Virus record (IMG/VR): IMGVR_UViG_3300042053_000001
Reading direction: 5' to 3' (one strand)
Origin: an uncultured virus (IMG/VR IMGVR_UViG_3300042053_000001)
Taxonomy: Duplodnaviria; Heunggongvirae; Uroviricota; Caudoviricetes
Length of the DNA stretch: 64,000 nucleotides
Part shown: one piece after another, positions 1 through 9,968 of the stretch
How positions within the stretch are numbered: the stretch's first letter is position 1
How the letters are laid out: each line of letters begins with the position of its first letter
Notes under the pieces: generated by a model
Seen by the model: the letters and a program-made list of their open reading frames with translations, nothing else
Databases searched by the model: none
Told to the model about the DNA's origin: nothing
Program-made: the position numbers and the translations under genes

Positions 1-69
1 CAAGAGCTAGTAACAGACAAACTAAACTGGAATCAGTTCCATAGAGAGTATAAGAGCCATCAAACCCTA

Positions 70-98
70 TTGACTAAAATAATAAGGTAACCTACGCT
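70..98 (+). promoter_or_regulatory. Putative sigma70-type promoter
   Basis: TTGACT(70-75)-17 bp-TACGCT(93-98) upstream of ORF 134. Confidence 0.45.
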
Positions 99-133
99 AG
101 ATGTCGTACGTCACCAACATATGAGGGCATAGT

Positions 134-322
134 ATGAGAATTCTAGTTCGATTATTTTCGTTCTTTCTTAAGATAAGAACTCCTTTAACAATGATATTTG
201 ATCAGCTGATAAAATCTGTTAATCAAGCGATCGAAAAAGAGAATGTCCGTAAAGAAAAAGTGCAAGAGAAGAAAGTTCTCAAACAAACTATTAAAACTCT
301 TAAGAGTAAAGGTACAAAATGA
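134..322 (+). CDS. Small basic hypothetical protein
   Basis: 62 aa, GAGGG upstream, ATGA overlap with the next gene. Confidence 0.6.
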   Translation: MRILVRLFSFFLKIRTPLTMIFDQLIKSVNQAIEKENVRKEKVQEKKVLKQTIKTLKSKGTK

Positions 323-3003
323 CTTTCACTCTTTCAGGTTCTGTTATAACTCAAGCAGCTACAGATGCTAATCTTAGTGGATTAGCAGCTTTAGCTGGGG
401 TCACTGTGTCTACCCAACAAGGGTATACTGTATATAATATTGGTGATAGACAACTTAACATTGGTGGTACTTTAACTATAGACCCTGAGATTGAAATGCT
501 TTTCGTAGGGTATGATGGTTCTGGTGATTTAATGACGGTCACTGGAAATCTTACTATAGGCAGAGCCATAGTGTATCAAGGGGTGACTAGATATTCTGAA
601 GGTTTGGCGATTTATTTTGACACTACTCCTACAGGGTATATTAACAGAGTGTCTTTTAATGGGGCTGCAAACTTCACGTGGAATGGAGGAACTATTTCTT
701 TACGTAACGGGAAGTTTGGGTTTTACGCGGATACAGTAAAGGTTCGGATAAATTCAGACAAGGCTGTACTTTTTTATAGAGTACACGACGCTAATAATCA
801 AGTTAGGCAAGAAACATCAGATTTTATAAGTACAGCATTTCAAATGATAAACGGCTCTTTTACTGTAATCAAACAGGGGCTTGTTTTAGGTGGGTACACT
901 CCAACACATTGTACAGGGGCTTTAGGTTTTTCAGGGGCTACACCTAACGTAGAGTTTATTTTAAGGGATTACAGCGGAGGTGGAAGAGGTAACTCTCCGG
1001 ATATTAAGTTCTGGGGTGGGAATAGAACCACTCTTTATAACTCAAGATCAGGTACAGAATTAACAGCTCATCATCATATTAATAATAATGTTTCTGCTGG
1101 AATTCTTAGAGTATACCAAGAGTTTGATCTACAAACTACTAAGTTTGTAGGTGGTGTTGTAGAGGGAGCTAAAGTATGGTTTCAAGATTATGATAATGGA
1201 AACAGGAGACTCTATGATTTTGAGCTCCCTGCTATTGATTTATCAGCAACAGTTACGTACACAGGGACATCTGATGCTTCTGGTAACATCCCTAAATTAG
1301 TTGTGATGACAGGTGCGGTTGTTGCTGATACCTCATATGGATCATCAGGAGATGGGCCTAATACAGGGCGATATTCTTGGGATTACAGAAGTAAATCCAA
1401 CAATACAGATGATCTTTTTGACATGATATTTATTGCCTATGATCAAGATATATTATCTTTGGTAGATGTTGGTCTAAAAGGTGTCGGAGGTTCTTCTTTA
1501 AATGCAGTATTTTTCGCAGACAAGTTAACAACTGAGCCACTAAAAGCTACAGTTGACGCATACCCGTTTTCTATCTCTCTAACAACAGACACTATTACCA
1601 TTACAGGAGCAGCGCCTACCTTACGACGTATAACAACTGAACAGGTTTACGATAAAGTAAAATCTTTTCTTGTAGATTCGTATGTAGGAGAAACACAAAC
1701 TATTGTTACTAGGACCGGAGATCTTCTAAATGCTAGAGCTTTGAATCTTACTTTAGATAATATAATTCTTACAGGCGGAATTATAACTACTGGGGCGCTT
1801 TCCCTAACGAATAGTTCTACTATATCTGGTAGTATTTCAGATTCATCTTCAAATTCGGTTTTGGTTTTTAGAGGTGTTGCGAGCTGGAGATTATACTCTT
1901 CAGACAATGACAGAAATTCAGATAGCAATCTTGTTGATAGTGGAATGACAAACTATCGATTTGTCTTCGTCGCTAACACTACTTTTTTCCTACGGCTTAC
2001 AATAAACCGGGACGTAATTTTTCAAGATGTAACCCCTCAAGCTGTTGGAGAAACAATTGTTGAGTTAAGTGTTTCAGGGTTACTTGCTTCTATTTCAGCT
2101 GAAACAGCACTGTCTCAGATATTTTCTGAACAGGCTAGGGATGCGGCTTTAGCTCTCCCAACCGTAGCACAGATCGAAGCAATTGTTATAGATAAAGGTG
2201 CGGATGTATTAACGACATATACGGTGCCAAAAACTCCAGCTATGGAAGCTATCGTTACCACTAAGGTTACAGAGGCATTAACGACGTATACGGTGCCGAA
2301 AACGCCAGCTATGGAAGCTATCGTTACCACTAAGGTTACAGAGGCATTAACGACGTATACGAGTCCTACTACTGCTGAAATGATAGCTCTTATACTTACA
2401 CATGTGCAAGCTGCTATGACTACGTATACAAGTCCTAAAACTGCTGAGATGGTAACTCTTATACTTACACATGTTCAGGCTGCTATGACTACGTATACAG
2501 TTCCTAAAACTGCTGAAATGATAGCGCTCATATTGGAACATGTTCAGGCTGCTATGACCACATATACAAGTCCTAAAACTGCTGAGATGATAGCTCTTAT
2601 ACTTACACATGTTCAAGCTGCTATGACAACATTCACATCACCTACAACTGCTGAGATGGAAGCTATCGTTATTGCTAAGGTTGGCGAAGTTATAGAAGAT
2701 AAAGATCTTCCAACTGCATTAGAGGTTGTGGATGCAGTTCTAGATGTTACATACGGTAAGAGAACAGATGGTACTAATGTTCGTCCTACTACATTAGGAA
2801 GACATTGGTGGGATTTCTATCCAGGGCAAATTGTTCGTGTGATGGCTGAATTAACTTTGGATGGTACAGCCCCTGCTACAAGATTTACTCCTACCCCTGG
2901 CACCTTACCTGATGGTTCTTTTGGCAAGGTTATGCTATCTATCAAAGATAATACGAAAGCTTCTAACGAACAAACTAAGAGAGTGGTACCCTCTACCCCG
3001 TAA
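319..3003 (+). CDS. Large putative virion/fibre-like protein with a C-terminal 23-aa tandem repeat
   Basis: 894 aa, G/T/S/N-rich beta-type N-terminal two-thirds, seven 23-aa repeats; function inferred from composition only. Confidence 0.55.
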   Translation: MTFTLSGSVITQAATDANLSGLAALAGVTVSTQQGYTVYNIGDRQLNIGGTLTIDPEIEMLFVGYDGSGDLMTVTGNLTIGRAIVYQGVTRYSEGLAIYFDTTPTGYINRVSFNGAANFTWNGGTISLRNGKFGFYADTVKVRINSDKAVLFYRVHDANNQVRQETSDFISTAFQMINGSFTVIKQGLVLGGYTPTHCTGALGFSGATPNVEFILRDYSGGGRGNSPDIKFWGGNRTTLYNSRSGTELTAHHHINNNVSAGILRVYQEFDLQTTKFVGGVVEGAKVWFQDYDNGNRRLYDFELPAIDLSATVTYTGTSDASGNIPKLVVMTGAVVADTSYGSSGDGPNTGRYSWDYRSKSNNTDDLFDMIFIAYDQDILSLVDVGLKGVGGSSLNAVFFADKLTTEPLKATVDAYPFSISLTTDTITITGAAPTLRRITTEQVYDKVKSFLVDSYVGETQTIVTRTGDLLNARALNLTLDNIILTGGIITTGALSLTNSSTISGSISDSSSNSVLVFRGVASWRLYSSDNDRNSDSNLVDSGMTNYRFVFVANTTFFLRLTINRDVIFQDVTPQAVGETIVELSVSGLLASISAETALSQIFSEQARDAALALPTVAQIEAIVIDKGADVLTTYTVPKTPAMEAIVTTKVTEALTTYTVPKTPAMEAIVTTKVTEALTTYTSPTTAEMIALILTHVQAAMTTYTSPKTAEMVTLILTHVQAAMTTYTVPKTAEMIALILEHVQAAMTTYTSPKTAEMIALILTHVQAAMTTFTSPTTAEMEAIVIAKVGEVIEDKDLPTALEVVDAVLDVTYGKRTDGTNVRPTTLGRHWWDFYPGQIVRVMAELTLDGTAPATRFTPTPGTLPDGSFGKVMLSIKDNTKASNEQTKRVVPSTP
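2209..2691 (+). repeat. Seven tandem 69-bp (23-aa) coding repeats
   Basis: Units LTTYTVPKTPAMEAIVTTKVTEA x2, (L/M)TTYT(S/V)P(K/T)TAEM(I/V)xLILxHVQAA x4, then MTTFTSPTTAEMEAIVIAKVGEV. Confidence 0.95.
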
Positions 3004-3182
3004 TTCTATAAATATTCGTAATAAACAAGCTAAAGGATTTCATCGTGTAGAGTTTTGGCAGTTGATGATTTCGCGTGGTTTCGTTTGGAGGAGAGTTAGA
3101 GTACGGTCAATTCAGAAGGTGTGTTGAACCTAGATACTTAGGCCTACAGACATTGAGGTTTTAGTTTTGAAAGGAACAATAT

Positions 3183-3458
3183 ATGGCTAAGAAACCTGAG
3201 GAGGGATTTCATCAGCTTACTGATGAAGTTCTAAAAAAGCTGATAAATGACCGTGTTGATGGACAAACCCCTATTACATTCTCAGAGGAAGAATACACGT
3301 ATATCTTACGTGTCATTAATATTATTAAGGCTTTTGATACGTTAGGTAGTTTAGGCACTATCTTAAAGAATGTATTTATAGCTCTTGCTACAGTGATGGC
3401 AACCTATGCGGCTATTAAAGGTGGTTTCATCGGTTGGTTAAAGGCGGGTCTATCATGA
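3183..3458 (+). CDS. Putative holin
   Basis: 91 aa with a C-terminal hydrophobic helix (VFIALATVMATYAAI), AAGGA RBS, upstream of the endolysin. Confidence 0.55.
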   Translation: MAKKPEEGFHQLTDEVLKKLINDRVDGQTPITFSEEEYTYILRVINIIKAFDTLGSLGTILKNVFIALATVMATYAAIKGGFIGWLKAGLS

Positions 3459-3568
3459 AGAACCACAAAAAAGTTACCTTTAAAGGGCATATAGTAGTAG
3501 TTATCCTAACGGTAGGTTGGTCTATATGTCTTATAACAGTGTTTAAAGTTTTCTTTTTGATGGAATAA
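3455..3568 (+). CDS. 37-aa single-TM protein (not in ORF track), possible lysis accessory
   Basis: ATGA overlap with holin stop; MKNHKKVTFKGHIVVVILTVGWSICLITVFKVFFLME. Confidence 0.55.
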   Translation: MKNHKKVTFKGHIVVVILTVGWSICLITVFKVFFLME

Positions 3569-3590
3569 ACCTAGGTAAAAAAGAGGTCTT

Positions 3591-4619
3591 ATGGAACAAG
3601 TTTCAAATTACTGTACTAGACATGTAGGTGGTAGAAGTGATGAAGAGCTTTCCAATAGGCTTTCTAAATTATTAAGGTCTAAGTCAACATCGATTGCTAC
3701 TGAGAAGAAGATATCCATTATAAAGGATGAGATATCAAAAAGATCCTCAATGCAGGAGGAGACTTTTAACGGGTTCTCAGTGAAAGATGGTAAGTTCACA
3801 TCTTTGTGGTATGACCACTCACCCAACAATTCTGATCAGTTTCAGAAGCCTATCAAGTATATTGTTATGCATTATACAGCTAACGCAAGCTCTGTCTCTA
3901 CAAGGAGTTTGTTTATGGATGATTCTGCAAGAGGGAAGCCTTCATCTCATTTTATTATAGGGGATGATTTGAGTTCAACCTTTCAAGTTGTTTCTTTGGT
4001 AGACATTGCTCATCACGCAGGTATTTCCTCATATGGTAATGATAAGTACCTAAATAACTGCTCTATAGGTATAGAGGTTGTAAACTGGGGTAAGTTGACT
4101 AGAACTGAATCGGGTGCTTTTAAATCTTGGTGTGGGGTTGAGATACCAGACACAGAAGTTGTTCCATTTGGAGGTTCTTCCTCTCCGGTAACGTACTGGC
4201 AGGCTTATCCTCATAAACAGATATGTTGTCTTGTAGATATTTTTAAGGCTATTCTGTTGGTATGTCCTTCTATACAGGAAGTTGTCCAACACAGCGAAAT
4301 CGCACCAGATAGGAAGATTGACCCAGGACCTGCTTTTCCTATTGATGTATTTAGGTCTATAATAGATGATCACTCTAAGCTTTATACTACGGCTGAGGAT
4401 CTTTACGTTGTGGACGTTTCGTCTACTTTAAATGTTAGGGGTGGTGCAGGGGTTGAATTTCCTGTAATAAAAGGGGTAAGTCCTTTACATAAAGGATGTT
4501 TAGTAGAGGTGTTAGATTCAAGTTTAACTCCTTGGAGTCTTGTTAATATTGTAGAAGGTTCTTCTCAAGGGAACACAGGTTACGTATTTGACAAGTTTTT
4601 GAAGAAGTTTTCAGGTTAG
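3591..4619 (+). CDS. Endolysin: N-acetylmuramoyl-L-alanine amidase (Amidase_2/AmpD-like) with C-terminal SH3b domain
   Basis: YIVMHYT, SSHFII, AHHAG, NNCSIGIE and HSEIAPDRKIDPGPAFP motifs; C-terminal LNVRGGAG...GYVFDKFL. Confidence 0.92.
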   Translation: MEQVSNYCTRHVGGRSDEELSNRLSKLLRSKSTSIATEKKISIIKDEISKRSSMQEETFNGFSVKDGKFTSLWYDHSPNNSDQFQKPIKYIVMHYTANASSVSTRSLFMDDSARGKPSSHFIIGDDLSSTFQVVSLVDIAHHAGISSYGNDKYLNNCSIGIEVVNWGKLTRTESGAFKSWCGVEIPDTEVVPFGGSSSPVTYWQAYPHKQICCLVDIFKAILLVCPSIQEVVQHSEIAPDRKIDPGPAFPIDVFRSIIDDHSKLYTTAEDLYVVDVSSTLNVRGGAGVEFPVIKGVSPLHKGCLVEVLDSSLTPWSLVNIVEGSSQGNTGYVFDKFLKKFSG

Positions 4620-4630
4620 GAGATAGAGAG

Positions 4631-4924
4631 ATGGGTTCAGGGTTTTTTTCAGGGGAGTTATCAAACTCTAATTTTGATTTTAGGGTTGTATCTAGAAGTC
4701 CAGACTCTGGAAATGTTCTTCCATTCTCTGCCACTATTTGGATAGAAAGTTCAGCTGTCATGGAGGTACAGAGTGATACTTTTATCGGAGGGTTCGTAAA
4801 AGTTCTTGATCTGGTTGCAGATGACCACACAGTGTTTTCAGATGTAGATATGCAAGGTACGATCCGTTTAAGAGGAACAGGAAAGTTTACTATCACATCT
4901 ACGCTAGTGCTTAAGGCGTTATAA
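4631..4924 (+). CDS. Hypothetical protein
   Basis: 97-aa ORF with AGGAG RBS in operon context. Confidence 0.65.
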   Translation: MGSGFFSGELSNSNFDFRVVSRSPDSGNVLPFSATIWIESSAVMEVQSDTFIGGFVKVLDLVADDHTVFSDVDMQGTIRLRGTGKFTITSTLVLKAL

Positions 4925-4945
4925 TCTTTACATTTAGGATAAAAT

Positions 4946-5281
4946 GTGGCAAGAATCTTAAAATCAAAGACTTATGCGGTTGTAGTAGAAGGTAGCACAC
5001 AGTTTTCTATTACTTATATATGTCTATGTGTTATAGAAGGTGTCGAGAGCTTAGAGGTTAATACATTAACGATAGACGAAAACTATACCACCAAAGACGC
5101 TATTATTAATATTTTAATCCATGCCGGTTTAAGTGTTAGGTTCTTTGATGTTGAAGAAAAGATGTGGATGGTTTGTGATACAGAGAATGGTCCTTCAGGT
5201 GTTTCAGGTAATAGAGACGGTTCTTGGGGACCTCCAAACACAGTAGAAGAGTTTAAGAAGGATTTCCTTAAACACAGTTAG
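4946..5281 (+). CDS. Hypothetical protein
   Basis: 111-aa ORF, GTG start with AGGA RBS. Confidence 0.65.
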   Translation: MARILKSKTYAVVVEGSTQFSITYICLCVIEGVESLEVNTLTIDENYTTKDAIINILIHAGLSVRFFDVEEKMWMVCDTENGPSGVSGNRDGSWGPPNTVEEFKKDFLKHS

Positions 5282-5293
5282 AGGTATATAGAG

Positions 5294-5974
5294 ATGGTAC
5301 AAGAGCTTCCAGATCCTCAGGGTTTTATAAAGAAAATACGTGATTCTCTAAAGCCTGAATGTGCTGTGGCAAGATCACCGTTCTGTGACCATATAATTTC
5401 TCAAAGGATGCAGAAAGTTCCTTTTAAGAGAATAGAGGAATGGCTATCTAATCAAGGTAACGGGGATGAGAATTTCCGTATAACTGCTTCTTCTTTATGT
5501 AAGAACTTTAAAGATACAAGACTTTCCGTATCATTATCGTATGCTGAGGATCTTATTGATAGATCAGGAGGATCTGTACATTTAGATTGCGTTTATGAGT
5601 TAGCAATGTCTGTTATAACGCAGAAAAGGCGAGTAGATTCTCTAACACGATCAGAGAAAAGTGTTCAAGAATCTCAAGATCTTAAAGACCATCAAAACAG
5701 AATCTATTTGGATGAAAGAATTAAATCTGAATACGAACTTCTGTTAAAAATGATGTCACAGTTCGGGAAGTTGACAGAGAAGCTTCCAGAAGAAGTTCTG
5801 AAAGAAAGACATTCCAAGCTAGAAGAGTTGGAACGAGGAAGTTTGGCTATGTCTCCATCTGTAGTAAAGAGCTTGTCTGATATGATAGTCTCAGGAGATA
5901 TAAGTCTTAATCGTGGTGTACCTTCTAATAGGAACAAGGATGAGAGCGCAAAGAAACGAAACACCAACCGCTAA
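5294..5974 (+). CDS. Putative terminase small subunit
   Basis: 226 aa, helical, directly upstream of and overlapping terL. Confidence 0.5.
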   Translation: MVQELPDPQGFIKKIRDSLKPECAVARSPFCDHIISQRMQKVPFKRIEEWLSNQGNGDENFRITASSLCKNFKDTRLSVSLSYAEDLIDRSGGSVHLDCVYELAMSVITQKRRVDSLTRSEKSVQESQDLKDHQNRIYLDERIKSEYELLLKMMSQFGKLTEKLPEEVLKERHSKLEELERGSLAMSPSVVKSLSDMIVSGDISLNRGVPSNRNKDESAKKRNTNR

Positions 5975-7907
5975 CTCAGCTATTATAGACGTATACAAAG
6001 ATGAGTTAACACAAGCTATTTTAAGTTTATATAAAACAGATTTTTTAGTTTTTCAAAAAAGTGTTCTAGGATTTGAGATAGGCCCTCAACATAAAATATG
6101 GTGGCAACATCTTAAGACTGGTGAAGATGTTTGTGAGATGGCTCCAAGGGATCATGGAAAGCTATTAAGTTCCGATACAAAGGTTCTTACTGTTGAAGGT
6201 TGGAAAACTCACGGTGATTTAAGGATAGGTCATAGAGTCTTTAATAAGGACGGTATTCCAACTAAAGTTATCGGTGTATCTAAGTTAGGGTTTGCTACCC
6301 TAAAAGTAACAACCTCTATAGGAGAGATTTTCTATTGTCACCCACACCATGAGTGGGAAGTTTATGATAGAAAAAATTGCGGTACGGTTGTCATAGAGAC
6401 AGGGAGAATGTTAAATTTAGGGTTATTAAACAAAGGTGAGAGTCGTTATGTTCTTAAAAGGTCTTATAATGTAAGGAACAACGTTTTTTCTTTAACAACT
6501 CCAAACCCCTTTTTCTCTAAGCCTCCAGAAAAACTTACAGATGTTTTAATAACAAGGATTGAATCTTGCACACCAAGGGTAGGACAATGTATTGAGATAA
6601 TGGATACAAGAGGAGTATATCTTGTAGGGGAAAAACTTATTCCGACTCACAACTCCTACTCTTTAGCTTTAGCGTATCCTTTATGGAAATTAAAGTATGA
6701 CCCTTGGGTTAGAGAGGTTTTGATACTCGGAGCAGATCAGCCTTCAGCTATTGAAAACTTAGATAAGATAAAAAACCTTTTAAATACAAACAGATGTTTG
6801 AACGAGATGCTTCCTTCTAGGAGTGACGGAATTTACTCTCGAACAGAGATCAGTTTAGTAGGTGGGAAAAAGATAAAAGCTAAAGGTATTGGCTCACCTC
6901 TTAGGGGTAGACATCCTCAGTTAATCATTCTTGATGATATTTTAAACGAGAAGAATTCAAACACAGATGATTTACGCTCACACATCATAAACTATTTCAA
7001 TGAAGTTATAGTTCCTATGAAGGATAAGGGTTTATCTAAAGATAAAAAGGCAGGTCACAAGTCACAAATAGTTGTCATAGGTACAGCTCAGCATTATAAC
7101 GACTTATACCATTATCTTATTTCCAACCCTCAATATCTAGGAGAGAAGTTAAAAGCTGTTGTTAGTTTTGAAGATAAAGAGGTTTTGTGGTCTGAAAGAT
7201 ATACCTTTAAAGATATGATGGATATGAAGGAGCGAGTAGGTAACATCTCCTTTTTGAAAGAATATCAGAACGAACCTACAAGTGATGACACAACTTTATT
7301 CCCTTATTCGCTTTTTGAACCTCTTCTTGATGAAGATCTTAGTTATGTGGAATCTAGACCTAGGGACACTCTCACCTATTTAGGGGCTGATTTTTCAGTT
7401 CCTGGTAATTTAGATGGTGATTATACAGTTATAGTTGTTCTGTCTTATGACTCCATAGAGTGTAAATATACACTATGTGGGTTTTGGAGGAGTAGACCGA
7501 AGACTTTACAAGAGCAGTTAGACAAAATAAGTTTGTTCAGTTCTAAGTACAGCATTACACTAGGGTACTTAGAAGATAATATGTTCCAGAAGATCTATAA
7601 GGAACATTTCAAACATAATTCTAATTTACCTTTAAAAGGGGTGACTGTAACGTCTTCTGGTAAGAAGTCTTTAAAGTCAGGTGTCCTGTCCCTTCGTCCT
7701 CTATTAGAGAATGAGAAAATGATTTTCCCATATAAGACTGAGGAAGATAAGAGGAAGACTGACTTATTAGTGAGAGAATTCTCGGGGGTAAGGCAAAAAT
7801 CTGGTAAAGTAGGGAATAGTACAAGTCATGATGATATAGTTATGGCAGTCTGGCACGCTATTACAGCTTCAAGAGGTTGTGTATTCGAAGCCGACTTTGG
7901 GGATTGA
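5940..7907 (+). CDS. terL: Terminase large subunit containing an intein (ORF open from 5913)
   Basis: Walker A APRDHGK|S after intein removal, LRGRHPQLIILDD Walker B, VIGT, EYQNEP, nuclease LGADFS and HDDIVMA. Confidence 0.95.
   Translation: MRAQRNETPTANSAIIDVYKDELTQAILSLYKTDFLVFQKSVLGFEIGPQHKIWWQHLKTGEDVCEMAPRDHGKLLSSDTKVLTVEGWKTHGDLRIGHRVFNKDGIPTKVIGVSKLGFATLKVTTSIGEIFYCHPHHEWEVYDRKNCGTVVIETGRMLNLGLLNKGESRYVLKRSYNVRNNVFSLTTPNPFFSKPPEKLTDVLITRIESCTPRVGQCIEIMDTRGVYLVGEKLIPTHNSYSLALAYPLWKLKYDPWVREVLILGADQPSAIENLDKIKNLLNTNRCLNEMLPSRSDGIYSRTEISLVGGKKIKAKGIGSPLRGRHPQLIILDDILNEKNSNTDDLRSHIINYFNEVIVPMKDKGLSKDKKAGHKSQIVVIGTAQHYNDLYHYLISNPQYLGEKLKAVVSFEDKEVLWSERYTFKDMMDMKERVGNISFLKEYQNEPTSDDTTLFPYSLFEPLLDEDLSYVESRPRDTLTYLGADFSVPGNLDGDYTVIVVLSYDSIECKYTLCGFWRSRPKTLQEQLDKISLFSSKYSITLGYLEDNMFQKIYKEHFKHNSNLPLKGVTVTSSGKKSLKSGVLSLRPLLENEKMIFPYKTEEDKRKTDLLVREFSGVRQKSGKVGNSTSHDDIVMAVWHAITASRGCVFEADFGD
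6162..6653 (+). mobile_element. 164-aa mini-intein in the TerL P-loop with a class 3 (WCT) signature
   Basis: GK|LLSSDTKVLT...HHEW...VGQCIEI...LIPTHN|S; too short to hold a homing endonuclease. Confidence 0.9.
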
Positions 7908-7919
7908 GGAGAAGACACT

Positions 7920-9434
7920 ATGAGTGATGGAGATCGCACCTTTCTTTCAACGGTAAAAGGGTTATTCTCTGGTAAAAAACCCAAGGAAGAACTTGTAATT
8001 AAACTTGCAGATGAACCTGTTTTTAATGCCCCTTTCCCTGCTGCAAAATCTTCTTTTTACGACTCTGGGTCTGTTTTTAATGAATCTGGGATTTTAAGGA
8101 GAGAAGGTGTCCCTTTAACAGCTAAAGATCTTCGGGCTATGGCTTCAAACCCTATTATATCCGCTATAATTAACACTCGCCTCGGACAGATCTCATCATT
8201 TTGTTATCCTAAACCTTCTACTTATGAATCAGGGTATGAAATTGTTCCTAAAAACCCAGAATATAAAGTTAACTTGAGAGAGGTTAATGCTTTAAAGAAC
8301 TGGATTTTAAATTGTGGTGCAATTGGCTTTGGTGAGAGTTCTTTTGAAAGCCTAGTCCGTAAAATGGTAAGAGATAGTTTAACTCTTGATCAAACCTGTG
8401 TAGAGGTAGTCTCTAGGAGAAATGGAAAACCTGCTTATTTAGTTGCTGTAGACTCTTCAACTATCGTTAAGTTGAGAGCTTCTTTAAATTATTTCCTTCC
8501 TACTGACCCAGAGACTCCTTATTACGCTCAAGTTATTGATGATAAAATTGTCGCCTCTTATGGGAGACAAGATATGATATTCGGAGTGAGGAACGGTCAA
8601 ACAGACTTGGAATTTTTTGGGTATGGTAAACCAGAATTAGAGAGTTTGATTCGTGTTGTCACCACTATAATTAACACAGAGAGATTTAACGCAAGCCAAT
8701 TATCACAAGGTGGTACATCAAAGGGTATTCTAATCGTTAAAGGTGATGTAGACCCAGAATCCTTTGCCATCTTTAAGAAAGAATTCAGGGCAATCCTCAA
8801 GAATGCTTCAAAGTCTTGGGTTCCACCTATTTTGAAAGTTTCTAGTGATAGTAGTGTAGATTGGAAGACTTTAGATAGGTCGAACAGAGATATGGAATAT
8901 GCACAACTGTTTGATTTCCTTATTAAACAATCTTGTGGTGCATATCAGATAGATCCTTCTGAAATTAACTGGACGATCGGGGCTACTGGAAGTACAACAA
9001 CATTTGAATCTAAGAGTAATGGGAAAGTAGCAGCATCAAAAGAGAAGGGTTTGAAACCTTTATTAGCATTTATCGCAGGTCTTATTAATATAAATGTTAT
9101 AGACAGATTGAACCCTAATTATAAGTTAGTTTTCACCCCTGTATCAGACAACATTCATGAGACGAGTGTTGTTCGTGACAGACAAGTAAGAAGTTACAAG
9201 ACTATAAACGAAGTCAGATCAGAAGTAGGGTTACCTTCTTTAGGGAAGAAGGGAGACATTATCCTCGACCCTCAATTCATGTCTGCAGAAGAAACCTCTA
9301 TTGAAGACGGTGGGCGTGTAAGAGCATCAGACCCTTCTAACCCTTCTAAAACACTTCCGAAAGACCCTTCTAAACCTCCAAATAGAACGAGACCTAACTC
9401 TGATACAGCTAACAGAGAGAAAGAAGGTTCATAA
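7920..9434 (+). CDS. Portal protein
   Basis: 504 aa after terL; GYGKPELE, NRDMEYAQL, YQIDPSEIN, SKEKGLKPLL, TINEVR motifs typical of phage portals. Confidence 0.92.
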   Translation: MSDGDRTFLSTVKGLFSGKKPKEELVIKLADEPVFNAPFPAAKSSFYDSGSVFNESGILRREGVPLTAKDLRAMASNPIISAIINTRLGQISSFCYPKPSTYESGYEIVPKNPEYKVNLREVNALKNWILNCGAIGFGESSFESLVRKMVRDSLTLDQTCVEVVSRRNGKPAYLVAVDSSTIVKLRASLNYFLPTDPETPYYAQVIDDKIVASYGRQDMIFGVRNGQTDLEFFGYGKPELESLIRVVTTIINTERFNASQLSQGGTSKGILIVKGDVDPESFAIFKKEFRAILKNASKSWVPPILKVSSDSSVDWKTLDRSNRDMEYAQLFDFLIKQSCGAYQIDPSEINWTIGATGSTTTFESKSNGKVAASKEKGLKPLLAFIAGLININVIDRLNPNYKLVFTPVSDNIHETSVVRDRQVRSYKTINEVRSEVGLPSLGKKGDIILDPQFMSAEETSIEDGGRVRASDPSNPSKTLPKDPSKPPNRTRPNSDTANREKEGS

Positions 9435-9893
9435 ATGAGTGATAAGATAGAGAGAAAAGCTTATGATAAGGACAGTATGGGTTATGGGAAGCACGAGTAC
9501 CATAATATTGATCCTAGTACAATTAATTGTGCAGATTTCGCCAAAGTTCTTAATGATGAAGAAGTGTTTTTTGGTGACGTAAGGCAGTACAATACAGCCT
9601 ACAACGAGAAGAATAAAAATAATACAGTTGATCTAGACTGGTTAAATAGGAGAGACACTATTTTCTCTACAAATGCAGAAGGGTTAGAGGGTAGATATAG
9701 GGTTGTAGAGTCACTTTTATCCAGAGAAGGGACTATAGAGTGTAGATGTGTTAAGGTAGACTGTTCAGACTCAGAGCAGGAAGTCCTCAGTTTAAATTGT
9801 GTCGCTTTGGGGTGTGTTGCAGATTCTTATAACCTATATAAAGACGTTGAGACTTCTCTTATAGAGAAGGGCATTGTAGGCGGCAACATTTGA
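9435..9893 (+). CDS. Hypothetical protein
   Basis: 152-aa ORF abutting the portal stop. Confidence 0.7.
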   Translation: MSDKIERKAYDKDSMGYGKHEYHNIDPSTINCADFAKVLNDEEVFFGDVRQYNTAYNEKNKNNTVDLDWLNRRDTIFSTNAEGLEGRYRVVESLLSREGTIECRCVKVDCSDSEQEVLSLNCVALGCVADSYNLYKDVETSLIEKGIVGGNI

Positions 9894-9899
9894 TACTGT

Positions 9900-9927
9900 T
9901 TGTAAAACATTGTTTGTCGTGTATACT
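9900..9927 (+). promoter_or_regulatory. Putative sigma70-type promoter for the head genes
   Basis: TTGTAA-16 bp-TATACT in the intergenic gap before the protease. Confidence 0.35.
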
Positions 9928-9968
9928 TGAATCCCTAAAGTCTTCTATAAATACATAGGAAGTGTTTA

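Noticed and set aside
3004..3182. Structured ncRNA or tRNA in the gap before the holin
   Set aside because: Only short dyads (e.g. CCTA..TAGG); no cloverleaf or family motif recognisable by eye, and a covariance-model search would be needed
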